Counted from the first letter of the stretch, positions 12,521 to 26,080 are shown. The stretch is DNA of 64,000 nt from Haliotis rubra (GCF_003918875.1 NW_025766980.1:3596001-3660000), one strand, 5' to 3'. Numbers and translations: made by a program. The notes: generated by a model from the letters alone, not told the origin.

Positions 12521-12871
12521 ATGAGGTGAGGTGAGGTGAAATTGGGTTTAACGTCGTGCTTGAGAATATTTCGCTCATATGACGACGTGCATGCGTGTGT
12601 ATGTGTATGTGCGGCTGCTTGTACTAGCCCAGACTTAGGCTGGTTTTATAGTGCTAGCCCACCGAGATACCATGCCGCTGTACCCCACTCAGACACATTA
12701 TACTGACTCCGAGCCGACCAGTCCTTGTTGTAGCCATTAATGCCGAGCGCCAGGCAGGAACCAACAAGTACCATATTTTAACGTATTTTGGTATGACGCG
12801 GTCGGGGATCGAACCCGCGACCCTTCCGCTCTCCGGGCGGGCGCTCTAACCACTACACCACGGAGGTGGTG
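12521..12871 (-). mobile_element. SINE family B, near full length
   Basis: Minus-strand tRNA head (GTGGTGTAGTGGTTAGAGCG...GGTTCGATCCCC) and (CACCT)n tail; matches 500-822. Confidence 0.88.
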
Positions 12872-15334
12872 TTTGGATGAATCCTGACAGATCGTTACAC
12901 AGTCTTATCAGAGAGTACAGCAGCATTTCCAACAAGGGGTTGTTGCAACCGAATACACAAAGACGGCAGCAAAGACGTCGGTTGACAACCGAAGAATTTT
13001 GCAGATCGCTTCAAACGAGGTAAACATAACGTCACATCACAAACGCCTTCGGTGCTAGCCAAAGTGTGATCAGAAGGACAAAATACTTCAATCTGAAACC
13101 AACAGGTAATCTTACATATTTCACAGAAACTATAATTAGTGTTTATGTCCCCTGTGATTAAGTGATTACAACATAAGTCCTCAAATGACTAGCGCAATTG
13201 ATAGCTTAAAACGTAGGCCAAACGTAGAGGAAGCCCTTGCCCAAATAAGGGATGAGGAAATTCACTACCCAGACTATGACGCTGACAACGATGATATGGT
13301 TGGTTTAATGATTAATAGCTTGAATAGATTGTTAATTATGAGGCCAGTCTTTTCTTAATACTACTGGTTATGGCCCATCCATTTGGTTGGCCCAAATATA
13401 TAGAAATACCAAAGTACAGAAAGCTTTACAGACAAATCAAGTACTGTCCATGAGGTATAACAAACGACCTTTTTCAGACAAACTTGTCTGACATTAAGTA
13501 ATGTAGTAATTATCACATTTGTAGTGAATTGTATTGGTATATCAAATAATCATATAAGGAGTAATCTATGTGTAATCAAGCTATTACCACTCATTGAATG
13601 CTACAAATGTTTTATCAATTCAGCTGGAACAATGTTAATATAGCTGTGATATATTTAATTTAAATGTCCATGCCATAGACGATGAAGCAACTCGAGATGA
13701 AACATTAAAATTTTGTTAATATCTGAATGTTGTATGTTATTCAATGTAATTATCGTTGTGTTCATTGTAATGCCTGCATTCGGATTAGCTTAACTGGTCA
13801 CGTGTTATTGCATTCATTTCCCAATGAATTGCTTTCCTCACTACGGACTACCGGGGAATTCAATTTACAGTCGAGCGAATTCTGTTTCTGCTTAACTGCA
13901 CCATCAGGACAACAGGTATGCCGTCATTGATGTATACCCCGGATCGTCCAAACCATCCTCCGAGAATCAAGGCTGATTTGGAATGAAATAATTCCCACAT
14001 GTCCTGGATACGTTCAAGGCCAGGAGGCTCGCTATCCTGGGTGATAAACACTTTCTGCCTTCGGGTCGCATTTTCTAACTCGTAATTACCCAGCTGTGTC
14101 TCATGTTCGGGGAACAAATGTTTGAACCGACGTGAAGAAGCACTTACTGTAATAATAGCTGTACTTAAGCAAGAAGGATTAGAAGGGTTTAAAACGTACT
14201 TCTACAATGTAACAATTCACGATTCAAATGTTGTAGGTTACGACGACGATGTACCATTAACTAAAAAGGAATGCAGAATTGGGAGTTTCCTGACTAAATT
14301 GTCAGAAAGTAACAAATAATTCCTCCAGAATTGATTTCAGATGTTAAATGGTGAGGTAGAGAGGTGCAAGGATTTTATGGAAAAGATTATCAAATCTTAT
14401 TGTCAAATCAGTAGAACCTGTGCAATTAAATGCTTTTATCTTCCAAAGATTGTTTACATAACAAGAAGTTATCAGTTTTGTTATTCAAAGTGTTTCGTTT
14501 GAAATGTACTTGATGTACCATCATGTTAGATTGAAATTCGGACACTTTAGTTTGCCCATGTGAGATTTGTTCCATGAATGCTTCAGTGGACTATTCAGTC
14601 CAAGAGCCCGAGGGTGATTTTTGTACCGAGAGAGGCCAAAATGTTTGAACATGTATTCTGATGTAAAATTGCCTCACGAATCCAAAAATTTCAGTCTTAC
14701 AAATCAAAGCTGTGGCTTTAGCCCACTAGGGGGCGTTGAAGCGATGACTCAGCATTTTCTTTAGGTATACTGCTGCATCCTTTTAAATGCCATTTCCCAA
14801 CTACAAATACTCAGTATTTCACCCAAACTGGTTGCAATGTAAAGAAGAAAGATAAATGTGTAATTTCACAAAATAAAATGTTTAACAGTGTGGTATGTAG
14901 AGTAATGACATATTGTTTTTCTTCGTAGATTTACAATTTTTTGGTCATTTTCCCACCTGAAGTTCAGTGTAATGAAACTAAAGTATAATATAATACAGTA
15001 TTTAAGGCTTTTAATTATGTAAAAATGTGTAAGGAATTCAAATATATCAACAAAATGCATATGTCACTCAGGGTAAGTGTTTTATCTAAGATAAAGAGTG
15101 TAAGGGTAATTCTATAAAATCACTCAAGGGGAGATAACTCTGTAAAATGTGGTTTTCAGAAAGAGATATAACTTGCTTTTTAGTCTATTTTCTTGCAGTT
15201 GGACATATATTTAAAGAGTAATTAATCACCAACATTTCTTCATGTTACAAAACAGCTCATCAGGCCAGTAAATCATGCATGCATGCACGCACAGACGTGC
15301 GCGCACACACATGTAATAGTTTTTAAATTATTAA

Positions 15335-16447
15335 AGGTCACATGCAACGTAAAACACAACTTTGCAGATTCTGATACCTTTCGGTATGGACTTACCAAAA
15401 CAAAGCGTCAAAAATGCAAATTCAACTTATGAAGTTAAAAAATAACGCGAAGAAAAAAACCGCGAGAAATCAGTGTTCAAACGTTTCACTAATTTTCCCC
15501 CGACTTTTCTGGGGAAAACGGGTTTCAACAGCTGGGCTGCGCTCATAGCACGTGCGCAGTGAAATAGGTTCGCGCAGCTTGGAAGCGGGTTGTAGGGTGA
15601 ATACTCGGTGAAGGCTTTGGTGTGAGCTATTTTTCTAATGTTTTGTTGATATCTCACAGGCGCGAGCTTTTTATATGATATGACAGTAAATTAACTGTTT
15701 ATATTATTTCATTTGTCTATTTCACCACACGTTCATCTTACCGAGTCACTTTCTCAGTTCGATACTTAAAAGCAATGTCATTATTTAGCGTTGTACAGAA
15801 TTTCTAACTGTGATATAGATATGTCGTTGTCACAGACAAAACTCAATGTCTTGTTTTATTGACACCTGTGTGTCTGCCTGCCTGTCTGACAATATTCAAT
15901 ACACAGCTGCTATCACTGACCACATGCAATTTGAACTTAACACCAATCAGGCTATACACCATAAACAAAATGCATTGATTTATGGCCCGAGTTCGGTCTC
16001 TGTCACATTATGTAATTACACAGACAGGCAGGTGTGATACTTGAACACATGACATGTTGGTGTCCTCCCATTACGCAGACAGCCAGTTCGCAGACACCTT
16101 AAAACAACAATATTTACGGTTCAGTGAACAGATTATCTACTACCTGATACCTACATATTATAATGGAATAGTCCAAATAAGAAACACAGGAACAAACTGA
16201 AGCTATATTATTTAATTTGAAAGATGGACGAAAAGATTTTTATTGCTGCAATATAAAAAGAGTTTATTTTTATAAACATTTCGGTTTATCCTTCTAGTCT
16301 AACGGGAATCGGCATCATCATATTGAAAACATAAGCTTAGCTATTAGAAATTGCGACACTGTTCTATCATATAAATGAAATAAAGACAAATGTGAACCTA
16401 AATATTATTCATATGGACTAAAGAAGTTATATGTTTTGCACACAATA

Positions 16448-16482
<35 letters not shown>

Positions 16483-17449
16483 CGAGTGCACTTAATTACG
16501 ATTTATTTAGAATTGATATTTAAAATATGACGCATCATGTCAATATGGCCATGGATGTGAGAATATTTTTCAATTACTTACTTGAATGTCCATTGTATAC
16601 TACTCAAAGACATAAACTGTTACAATATTTAGAAAGAATTGTTAAAATTAGAACACTGATTGGTATTAATTGTATCTTACATGGCAATGCAGGTGTCTCA
16701 TTTACTGCAAATCAGAATGTTTTCAAATATGTACATATCTATATCTCTCCAAACAAAACGTTTTCTCAGTTAACTTCTGTTGTACATATGCTATTATTGG
16801 GAGGGGTCTTTTCTATCAATAAACACAATCAAACCTCTCAGTGACAAACCTGTTTTTATATTCGATAGTAATTGATAGTAAAATTTTGAGAAGAGAAATC
16901 ATTTATCATTTAATCACAACAAAGTTCTATTTACAATCAAACTTCTCAGTAACGAGCCTGTTTCAGACTCACCCTGCTCTACTCACTAGACAGTGGACTG
17001 TTCCATTATACCCGTAGGTGTTAACCTAATTAACCTTCTAGTTCAGTGTCTGTCAATTGGGTGTCTGTCAAATGGGTGTCTGTCAATTGGGAGATAACCG
17101 ACATGTTATGATGTCTGTTGATTGCAAAATGTTATACACAAAAAATGAGCCTGTATTTACAAACCCAACATCTCTATATATACACACACAATGAGCCGTG
17201 AAGGCATCTGCAAGTGAACCAGTCGTTACACTTGAGTGCACACCCACCCGCTCTGACTGGGTTTGGTATCCCGGCTCCTTCGTTTCTTGGGAAGTAAACC
17301 GAAGTACACAATTTTGCACTTTTGATTTGCGATTGTACGCTTATAATTTTGTTTATACGTTTTTTCATTACCAGCAATGTATATTATATGTCATGAATAA
17401 GTGATAATTGTGTTTTAATTATGTTTGATTTTTTGGTTGCATGTGACCT
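15335..17449. mobile_element. Non-autonomous TTAA-specific DNA transposon (Kolobok-like), with nested insert
   Basis: TTAA|AGGTCACATGCAAC ... GTTGCATGTGACCT|TTAA; empty TTAA site in the right arm near 22773; second copy at 26252-27329. Confidence 0.88.
16059..17099. mobile_element. MITE with 8-bp TSD (Merlin/Mutator-like) nested in the Kolobok-like element; contains a LINE 3' fragment
   Basis: TSD GACATGTT at 16051-16058 and 17100-17107; imperfect TIR GGTGTCCTCCC/GGGAGATAACC; 15-bp subterminal repeats GGGTGTCTGTCAATT; absent from the 26.2-27.3 kb copy. Confidence 0.75.
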
Positions 17450-17515
17450 TTAAACTAATTCTGACAACTCACATTGAGATTTTGCTATTTCTGACAAAAT
17501 GCAAGGGATACCTCA

Positions 17516-20039
17516 TCATGGATCATACTCATCGTCAGTAGGAGAGTCACTGTCATCTTCTCCAGCCTCAACCTCATCTGATTCTTCAGGGTCTGGAAAT
17601 GTGCTACTCATTTGTTTTGTGACACATGTAGGTACCTGTAGTCCTTCGTACCATACAAGTTGAAAAGTTCCATCCTCCAACTTCCATCCATTTCCTTCTG
17701 GTTTGAACTTCAATGGATCACAGAGATGAGGTGAGGTGAGGTGAGGTGAAATTGGGTTTATCGTCGTGCTTGAGAATATTTCGCTCATATGACGACACAG
17801 AGATGAGCATTCTTCCACATACTTGAAACATTTTTTTTTAAAATATTTTTTATACTAACGATACTTGACAAGGAGGAAATACAGCAGCATCTGTTCCTTT
17901 GATTTTGTCTAAAGGACCACGGCCTGGTGCTGGAGTGTATCTTTGTTTGAACAAACCTATAGCGCACATTATCGACACTGGACAGGCTTGGTTTTGTATA
18001 CAACGCACATACAAATTGTTCACATCCTGAAGCAACATGTGAAGGTACCTCCTGTGTTTCCTAGACATGTAAAGGCAGCCTGAAATGCAACAGAGGATTC
18101 CAGAAGTTGAAGTGGGTGCACTTTCCTTTCGAACGAAAGCTGAAGTATAGTCACATCCAGTAAATGCATGAAATGAAAGCAAGGAGTCAGACACTCCTTT
18201 CCCCAATGACCTTGAAATTGCATTAATGTTTATGTATCTCCTTGAATTGTTGCTGCTGTGACCTGTGTCCATCCAGATGTGAGCTCCATCAAGTCTTTGG
18301 ATGTGATGAATCAAAAGTACAAGGATATCAGTGTCTGAGGCTCGCACTGATATGTGTGCTTTCTTCAAATCTTGGCAGATATTGTAGATATGAAAAATGA
18401 TTCTTGTGTCTTCGCCTCTTCATGTGTACATCGAAGATGTGGAACAACAGTCCTCACCACAATTCCTGGTTAGCGGTAAACACATAACATGTATCTTCAA
18501 GAGAAAAAGTAGAGTGTTGTGGTGCCTAAATGTGACTATGTGTCACTCTCCATTCATCAGCCAAAAATCTCAAGAAGGATGACTTGAAACACGCAGAGTT
18601 CAATGCATTTTGTGAAGTTGGAAGGCTTGTTCTGACCTGGATCACTGACAACCGTGCCTTCTGCAGAAGCTCCACGTTTTCTTCGCTCAATGCCCTTTAT
18701 TGATGGACTTGCATAAGTGTCACATACAAATTCTACTTGGGTTCCATATTTGCAGAGGATCTGTAGGATGAACTTGGCAATGTCTTCATATCTTGAAGGA
18801 AGGTTTGTAAGAGACTGGAGTAGGAACATTCCATCAATGACACACACGTGAATGTTATCTGGGAACTGAATGCCTGTTACCTTTTCTTCCAAACATCTCA
18901 TCAGTTTTGACTTGTCAGTCTTGTTCATTGAACCATCCATTTGACCAAGTGAAAGTGGAAGAGGTGTAAGAGGGAACCTGAATACTTCAGCGAGATCAAT
19001 TTCACTAGAAGAGGCAAGGTATAAAAGTCGACCAAACAAATCACGAGAACACTGAAGTTCTTTAAGTTTCTTGTCTTTGGTCTGATTGTTTGCCTTAAAA
19101 GCTCCAGCAGTGAAATTCTGCATCTTTCTTCTTGGGATTGGTTTTTCAAATCTGTCCTGGTCAGAAAAACAGCCATCTGAAAATTCATTGTACCATCTTT
19201 CACCTGTATGAATGCAGTTTACAAGTTCATCAGCAACATGTTCTGCTAGAGGTTTTCCCGTTGTTATATACTACATATGTGTGTTTGGATGAGCCATTGT
19301 GAAAGGGTTCAGGCAACTTTCAATTGCAGTAGCAAGACTTACAACATCTTCATGGTCCCATTTGATCCGTGCTGGTTTGCATTCCTTTGTGACATCTTCC
19401 TTGTCTATTAGATCTACAATCTGTAGAACCTCTCTTACCACTGCACTCCTCATTGCACGTGTTATCATCCATCGTCGTCTGGCGGATAGTGACTGAGTGA
19501 AGGATAAGATGCCTGTCTGTCTCGATGCAGCATCTGCATTCAGTCTGTTCCAGGGCCATATCCACTGGTACTCTTGCAAAAGGCTTGGTTGTTCTTTTGA
19601 CTGAAAGTCCACCCTGTTCCAGGATTTGTCTTGCACCAGCGTGTGTATTGTCAATGTTCATGAGATTGAGATGATATTTTGTCATCCATCTTGCATAACT
19701 GTAACGGTTAACTGCAAAGTACAGTGGACACAATTTCCCAAAGCAGTAGGTGAACAGTGCAAGATCACTGGTTCTACAAGCTCTAGGTACAGATTGACCA
19801 GATCGATGTACATCATCCAGTATTGAGCTGTTTTGCCATGAGTTCCAGATCGTGTCTCATTCATGAAGTGGTCCTAGGCTCTGAGAAATGCAGTAATCTC
19901 CTCTGATTCCAAAACCTCGACCAGGGTCCTTTCCTATGCAGATCCATAAAGTCTCTTCAATTTTGTAATGAAGTTTTCAGGAACAGAGTGTTCAGACAAG
20001 AATTTCTTGAAGTGAAGTTTCCAAAATGCAACAGAGAGT
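17516..20039 (-). pseudogene. Academ-like transposase/XPG-nuclease pseudogene, left arm
   Basis: Fragments with DTDILVLL, FHAFTGCDYTSAF, VIDGMFLLQ and YARWM motifs; multiple stops and frameshifts. Confidence 0.8.
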
Positions 20040-20071
20040 TTGTGCATTTGTGAAGTTGGAAGGCCTGTTCT

Positions 20072-22710
20072 ATATTTTGGATGGATCAGGTGGGCCCCAT
20101 ATACTGACAGAGACTGGTGTTCTTGCATGTGGATCCTTGAATGGTTTCTTAGGAGGTAAACACTACAATCGATGTAAACGATTGCATCCAATACTCTCTG
20201 TTGCATTTTGGAAACTTCACTTCAAGAAATTCTTGTCTGAACACTCTGTTCCTGAAAACTTCATTACAAAATTGAAGAGACTTTATGGATCTGCATAGGA
20301 AAGGACCCTGGTCGAGGTTTTGGAATCAGAGGAGATTACTGCATTTCTCAGAGCCTAGGACCACTTCATGAATGAGACACGATCTGGAACTCATGGCAAA
20401 ACAGCTCAATACTGGATGATGTACATCGATCTGGTCAATCTGTACCTAGAGCTTGTAGAACCAGTGATCTTGCACTGTTCACCTACTGCTTTGGGAAATT
20501 GTGTCCACTGTACTTTGCAGTTAACCGTTACAGTTATGCAAGATGGATGACAAAATATCATCTCAATCTCATGAACATTGACAATACACACGCTGGTGCA
20601 AGACAAATCCTGGAACAGGGTGGACTTTCAGTCAAAAGAACAACCAAGCCTTTTGCAAAGAGTACCAGTGATATGGCCCTGAAACAGACTGAATGCAGAT
20701 GCTGCATCGAGACAGACAGGCATCTTATCCTTCACTCAGTCACTATCCGCCAGACGACGATGGATGATAACACGTGCAATGAGGAGTGCAGTGGTAAGAG
20801 AGAGTTCTACAGATTGTAGATCTAATAGACAAGGAAGATGTCACAAAGGAATGCAAACCAGCACGGATCAAATGGGACCATGAAGATGTTGTAAGTCTTG
20901 CTACTGCAATTGAAAGTTGCCTGAACCCTTTCACAATGGCTCATCCAAACACACATATGTAGTATATAACAACGGGAAAACCTCTAGCAGAACATGTTGC
21001 TGATGAACTTGTAAACTGCATTCATACAGGTGAAAGATGGTACAATGAATTTTCAGATGGCTGTTTTTCTGACCAGGACAGATTTGAAAAACCAATCCCA
21101 AGAAGAAAGATGCAGAATTTCACTGCTGGAGCTTTTAAGGCAAACAATCAGACCAAAGACAAGAAACTTAAAGAACTTCAGTGTTCTCGTGATTTGTTTG
21201 GTCGACTTTTATACCTTGCCTCTTCTAGTGAAATTGATCTCGCTGAAGTATTCAGGTTCCTCTACACCTCTTCCACTTTCACTTGGTCAAATGGATGGTT
21301 CAATGAACAAGACTGACAAGTCAAAACTGATGAGATGTTTGGAAGAAAAGGTAACAGGCATTCAGTTCCCAGATAACATTCACGTGTGTGTCATTGATGG
21401 AATGTTCCTACTCCAGTCTCTTACAAACCTTCCTTCAAGATATGAAGACATTGCCAAGTTCATCCTACAGATCCTCTGCAAATATGGAACCCAAGTAGAA
21501 TTTGTATGTGACACTTATGCAAGTCCATCAATAAAGGGCATTGAGCGAAGAAAACGTGGAGCTTCTGCAGAAGGCACGGTTGTCAGTGATCCAGGTCAGA
21601 ACAGGCCTTCCAACTTCACAAATGCATTGAACTCTGCGTGTTTCAAGTCATCCTTCTTGAGATTTTTGGCTGATGAATGGAGAAGTGACACATAGTCACA
21701 TTTTAGGCACCACAACACTCTACTTTTCTCTTGAAGATACATGTTATGTGTTTACCGCTAACCAGGGAATTGTGGTGAGGACTGTTGTTCCACATCTTCG
21801 ATGTACACATGAAGAGGCAGACACAAGAATCATTTTTCATATCTACAATATCTGCCAAGATTTGAAGAAAGCACACATATCAGTGCGAGCCTCAGACACT
21901 GATATCCTTGTACTTTTGATTCATCACATCCAAAGACTTGATGGAGCTCACATCTGGATGGACACAGGTCACAGCAGCAACAATTCAAGGAGATACATAA
22001 ACATTAATGCAATTTCCAAGGTCATTGGGAAAGGAGTGTCTGACTCCTTGCTTTCATTTCATGCATTTACTGGATGTGACTATACTTCAGCTTTCGTTCG
22101 AAAGGGGAAAGTGCACCCACTTCAACTTCTGGAATCCTCTGTTGCATTTCAGGCTGCCTTTACATGTCTAGGAAACACAGGAGGTACCTTCACATGTTGC
22201 TTCAGGATGTGAACAATTTGTATGTGCGTTGTATACAAAACCAAGCCTGTCCAGTGTCGATAATGTGCGCTATAGTTTGTTCAAACAAAGATACACTCCA
22301 GCACCAGGCCGTGGTCCTTTAGACAAAATCAAAGGAACAGATGCTGCTGTATTTCCTCCTTGTCAAGTATCGTTAGTATAAAAAATATTTTAAAAAAAAA
22401 TGTTTCAAGTATGTGGAAGAATGCTCATCTCTGTGTCGTCATATGAGCGAAATATTCTCAAGCACGACGATAAACCCAATTTCACCTCACCTCACCTCAT
22501 CTCTGTGATCCATTGAAGTTCAAACCAGAAGGAAATGGATGGAAGTTGGAGGATGGAACTTTTCAACTTGTATGGTACGAAGGACTACAGGTACCTACAT
22601 GTGTCACAAAACAAATGAGTAGCACATTTCCAGACCCTGAAGAATCAGATGAGGTTGAGGCTGGAGAAGATGACAGTGACTCTGCTACTGACGATGAGTA
22701 TGATCCATGA
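20072..22710 (+). pseudogene. Academ-like transposase/XPG-nuclease pseudogene, right arm (N-terminus missing)
   Basis: GKHYNRCKRLH, HEEADT, DTDILVLL and FHAFTGCDYTSAFVRKGK (FEN/XPG-type motifs); acidic C-terminal tail. Confidence 0.82.
22436..22497 (+). mobile_element. 5'-truncated SINE family B tail inserted in the transposase; mirrored at ~17729-17795
   Basis: TCGTCATATGAGCGAAATATTCTCAAGCACGACG...(CACCT)n flanked by direct repeat CATCTCTGTG; present in both arms. Confidence 0.85.
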
Positions 22711-23585
22711 TGAGGTATCCCTTGCATTTTGTCAGAAATAGCAAAGTCTCAATGTGAGTTGTCAGAATTAGCTTAATTTTTTAAAACTATTACATGTGTG
22801 TGCGCGCACGTGTGTGCGTGCATGCATGCATGATTTACTGGCCTGATGAGCTGTTTTGTAACATGAAGAAATGTTGGTGATTAATTACTCTTTAAATATA
22901 TGTCCAACTACATGTATATAGAATAAAAAGCAAGTTATATCTCTTTCTGAAAACCACATTTTACAGAGTTATCTCCCCTTGAGTGATTTTATAGAATTAC
23001 CCTTACACTCTTTATCTTAGATAAAACACTAACCCTGAGTGACATATGCATTTTGTTGATATATTTGAATTCCTTTACACATTTTTACATAATTAAAAGC
23101 CTTAAATACTGTATTATATTATACTTTAGTTTCATTACACTGAACTTCAGGTGGTAAAATGACAAAAAATTGTAAATCTACGAAGAAAAACAATATGTCA
23201 TTACTCTACATACCACACTGTTAAACATTTTATTTTGTGAAATTACACATTTATCTTTCTTCTTTACATTGCAACCAGTTTGGGTGAAATACTGAGTATT
23301 TGTAGTTGGGAAATGGCATTTAAAAGGATGCAGCAGTATACCTGAAGAAAATGCTGAGTCATCGCTTCAACGCCCCCTAGTGGGCTAAAGCCACTGCTTT
23401 GATATGTAAGACTGAAATTTTTGGATTCGTGAGTCAATTTTACATCAGAATACATGTCAAACATTTTGGCCTCTCTCGGTACAAAAATCACCCCCGGGCT
23501 CTTGGACTAAACAGGAACTGTCAAATTCTTTAGACACGAACTAAAAAACACATTTTTACACATGTCCGAATTACATTGTAGAAGT

Positions 23586-23680
23586 GGGGCGGTGGGGTAG
23601 CCTAGTGGTTAAAGCGTTGGCTTGTCACGCCGAAGGCCCGGGTTCGATTCCCTACATGGATACAGTGTGTAAAGCCCATA
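23586..23680 (+). mobile_element. SINE family A, 5' fragment
   Basis: GGGGCGGTGGGGTAGCCTAGTGGTTAAAGCG...GGTTCGATTCCC. Confidence 0.85.
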
Positions 23681-24029
23681 TTGACCACAGTATTTTCTAT
23701 ATTTCATAGTAGTAGAATATTACATGTCAAAATGAGACCAGCTCTAATATCGACAAGTGATTGCAGCATTTACTGATATCCTCGGTCGTAATCAGCTAAA
23801 CAGTTAACCATCATTCAAAGAAATACTGTTATAAGATATCTTAATCCATGACGGTTTCAGACGTGATAACATTGTTGTAACGTGTTGTACATTGAGAAAT
23901 CCAAAGACAGTGGAAGTGTCAGAATATCCTTCCATTGTTGTATCACTATTCACGATTACTGTACATGCTCCAACGCATCTTGCGGGTTTGTAATGTACCC
24001 TAGCGTACGATCCTAATAAGGCATGTTAT

Positions 24030-24290
24030 ACACGATATTAAGCTTGTCGTTCTGCGTCAGGCCCACCTCCGATGGAGACATCTCTTGCTATAGCTGTGTC
24101 TTCACTTTTGAAATGACCATCACAGTGTTTCTTCGGATTGTATTGTCTGTCTCCTCGTGGGAGCTGGTAGCCTTTAGCCTGACCGTACACTGCGTCTCTG
24201 ACCACGTTATTTGGACACTGATCAAACTGTACCAGGAGTCGTTGTGATGCGGATAGGAGTTGGAAAATCACAGAAAACCACGGTCAGGTC
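24030..24290 (-). pseudogene. Decayed C-type lectin pseudogene
   Basis: Minus-strand frames give HNDSWYSLISVQITWSE / VYGQAKGYQL / HFKSEDTAIARDVSIGG, collinear with HDNSCYSLIRVQASWAE / VYCQAIGSHL / YLKREDSTIKTDGIWIGG. Confidence 0.75.
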
Positions 24291-24891
24291 TGCCACCAGC
24301 CGGGTCGTTATCGTTTCCATTGATATATTTACATCCGGTTAATCACGTGACAGGTTTCTGTCAATATTGCAGACAGATTACTGATTTACATGACCATTAG
24401 ACCAACCAAAACCTTAAGATGTAAAGGTTGTTTGTACCCGGAAGATCGGATCATTAAAGTGCCCATGTCGACGTGTCAATGATACCTCAACTACGCGTTC
24501 AGTGTAAATGCCTTCACAAAGGCCACGTGCATTTCGTTCGTTAAAGACAGACCAAAACTGTTGGATTTGTGTTCACGAGAATACCAGAGACATCTAATGG
24601 TGGTCTCACTTGAATGCACTGTCGCTGAACAAAAACAAAAGAAAGTTCTTGTGCTATACCGAAACTCTAGACGTACAAGGAGTGTATATGCTTGCTTCAT
24701 TGTGTCTGTTGTACAAGTATGAAAATTAAATGTGGATTATGGCATCTAAAACCCTTGTGTCTAAAAGTTTACAAAACCCTGATTTATCACAAGACTGGTG
24801 GGTCTTAATCTTCGTCTGTGTCTCAAATTGTTGGACTGTCTGCATGACCGCCGTAGTGTATCAAATTGTTGTAGTATCTGGTCATATTGTA

Positions 24892-25599
24892 TATTACTAG
24901 TATTGGCATGCAACCTGCGATAGGATATATCATGATGCTAAAATTTTAGTCAAATGTTATTGCCAAAGTATTGTGCACTGAAGCTGCGATACGATACGAA
25001 TCCCGATATAAGGGTGGCGATACGATACTATCACGATACTAAAATCCTTAATTCTAACACCAACTATAAAACACCTTAAGATCAAAGCAAAAAAAACATT
25101 TTAAAGTATTTCGTCAAAATCCGCCAGCGTTGTTCAATGTTCATTCGGAAACGAGATAATTAAGTTTACACACGGATTTGTTGAATGTTGATAACATGCG
25201 AGCGCTATGTCTGACACAGTTCTTGACGCAAGACATGGGCACAATGTGTGAAGCCCATTTCTGGTGTCCCCCGCCGTGATGTTGCTGGAATATTGCTAAA
25301 AGCGGCGTAAAACCAAACTCAGTCAGTCAGTCAGTCTTGGCGCAAGAATTTCCGAGAAAACGTTTACGTATAAAGGGAAAATGAGTAAGCATATATTTTA
25401 ATCTTCAAACAAAAGTAAGTCTTTTTTCTTGACAGATATCGCTATTCGGCAATAAACAAGGGTAAACATTGATGTATCATGGCTCATTTGAAGTACCGTA
25501 TCGGGATATACAAAAATGTAAAACTGTATATCGATTCACTGTATCGGCGGCCCATGGATCGATGCATCGATGCGTATCGATGAATCGACACACCACTAC
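24892..25599. mobile_element. MITE-like insert with CGATAC/GTATCG subterminal motifs, carrying a truncated SINE A
   Basis: Flanked by TATTGTA (24885-24891 and 25600-25606); paralogous empty site near 50105; nested SINE A 25234-25335 with TSD TCTTG(A/G)CGCAAGA. Confidence 0.6.
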
Positions 25600-25911
25600 T
25601 ATTGTAGTGTGTCAGTGTATTCTAGTGTCCGATAGTAAAACGTTGACCAAAATCACTGTGTAGTGTCGCATTGTTGATGTAAGTCAAGGTGTTGCTATGT
25701 CTCTGGTTGTCCCATTGTGCTGTTTTTATTGGCTCGGACGATGTACTAATGTCTGGTTTGCCAATTCACCTGAGGTGCAAGTCATCATGGGATGACATGA
25801 GGTAAACAGTTTGCCCTTTTTGCAACTTTTGAGATATTAAATCTGATATCAGAAGCAACAATGCATATATTAAGGGCTGTCGTGTTCATAGCGCCCGCAA
25901 TTAAGTTAGGT

Positions 25912-26080
25912 GAGTGAGTAATTGAGTTTAGTTTTACGTCGCTTTTAGCAATATTTCAGCAATATAACGGCGGGGGGACACCAGAAAATGGGCTTCACAC
26001 ATTGTGCCCATGTGGGGAATCGAACCCCGGTCTTCGGCGTGAGAAGCGAGCGCCTTAACCACTAGGCTATCCCACCGCCC
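25912..26080 (-). mobile_element. SINE family A, full length
   Basis: Reverse complement of the family A consensus; flanking direct repeat AAGTTAGGT. Confidence 0.9.

Larger units (their letters stand above)
14596..23509. mobile_element. Fold-back (palindromic) derivative of an Academ-type DNA transposon
   Basis: 14597-20039 is the reverse complement of 20193-23508 apart from a 2.1-kb insert in the left arm; termini (C/T)AGTCCAAGAGCCCG; both arms carry the same transposase fragments. Confidence 0.88.

Noticed and set aside
13727-14590. Possible coding fragments (85-aa minus ORF; LINE-like 3' sequence at ~14100-14580)
   Set aside because: Probably decayed repeats, but no motif is strong enough to assign a family
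14596-23509. Palindrome as a pure long-read fold-back artefact
   Set aside because: The arms differ by substitutions and a 2.1-kb insert, the flanks are unique, and the junction has a templated patch; raw-read confirmation is still needed
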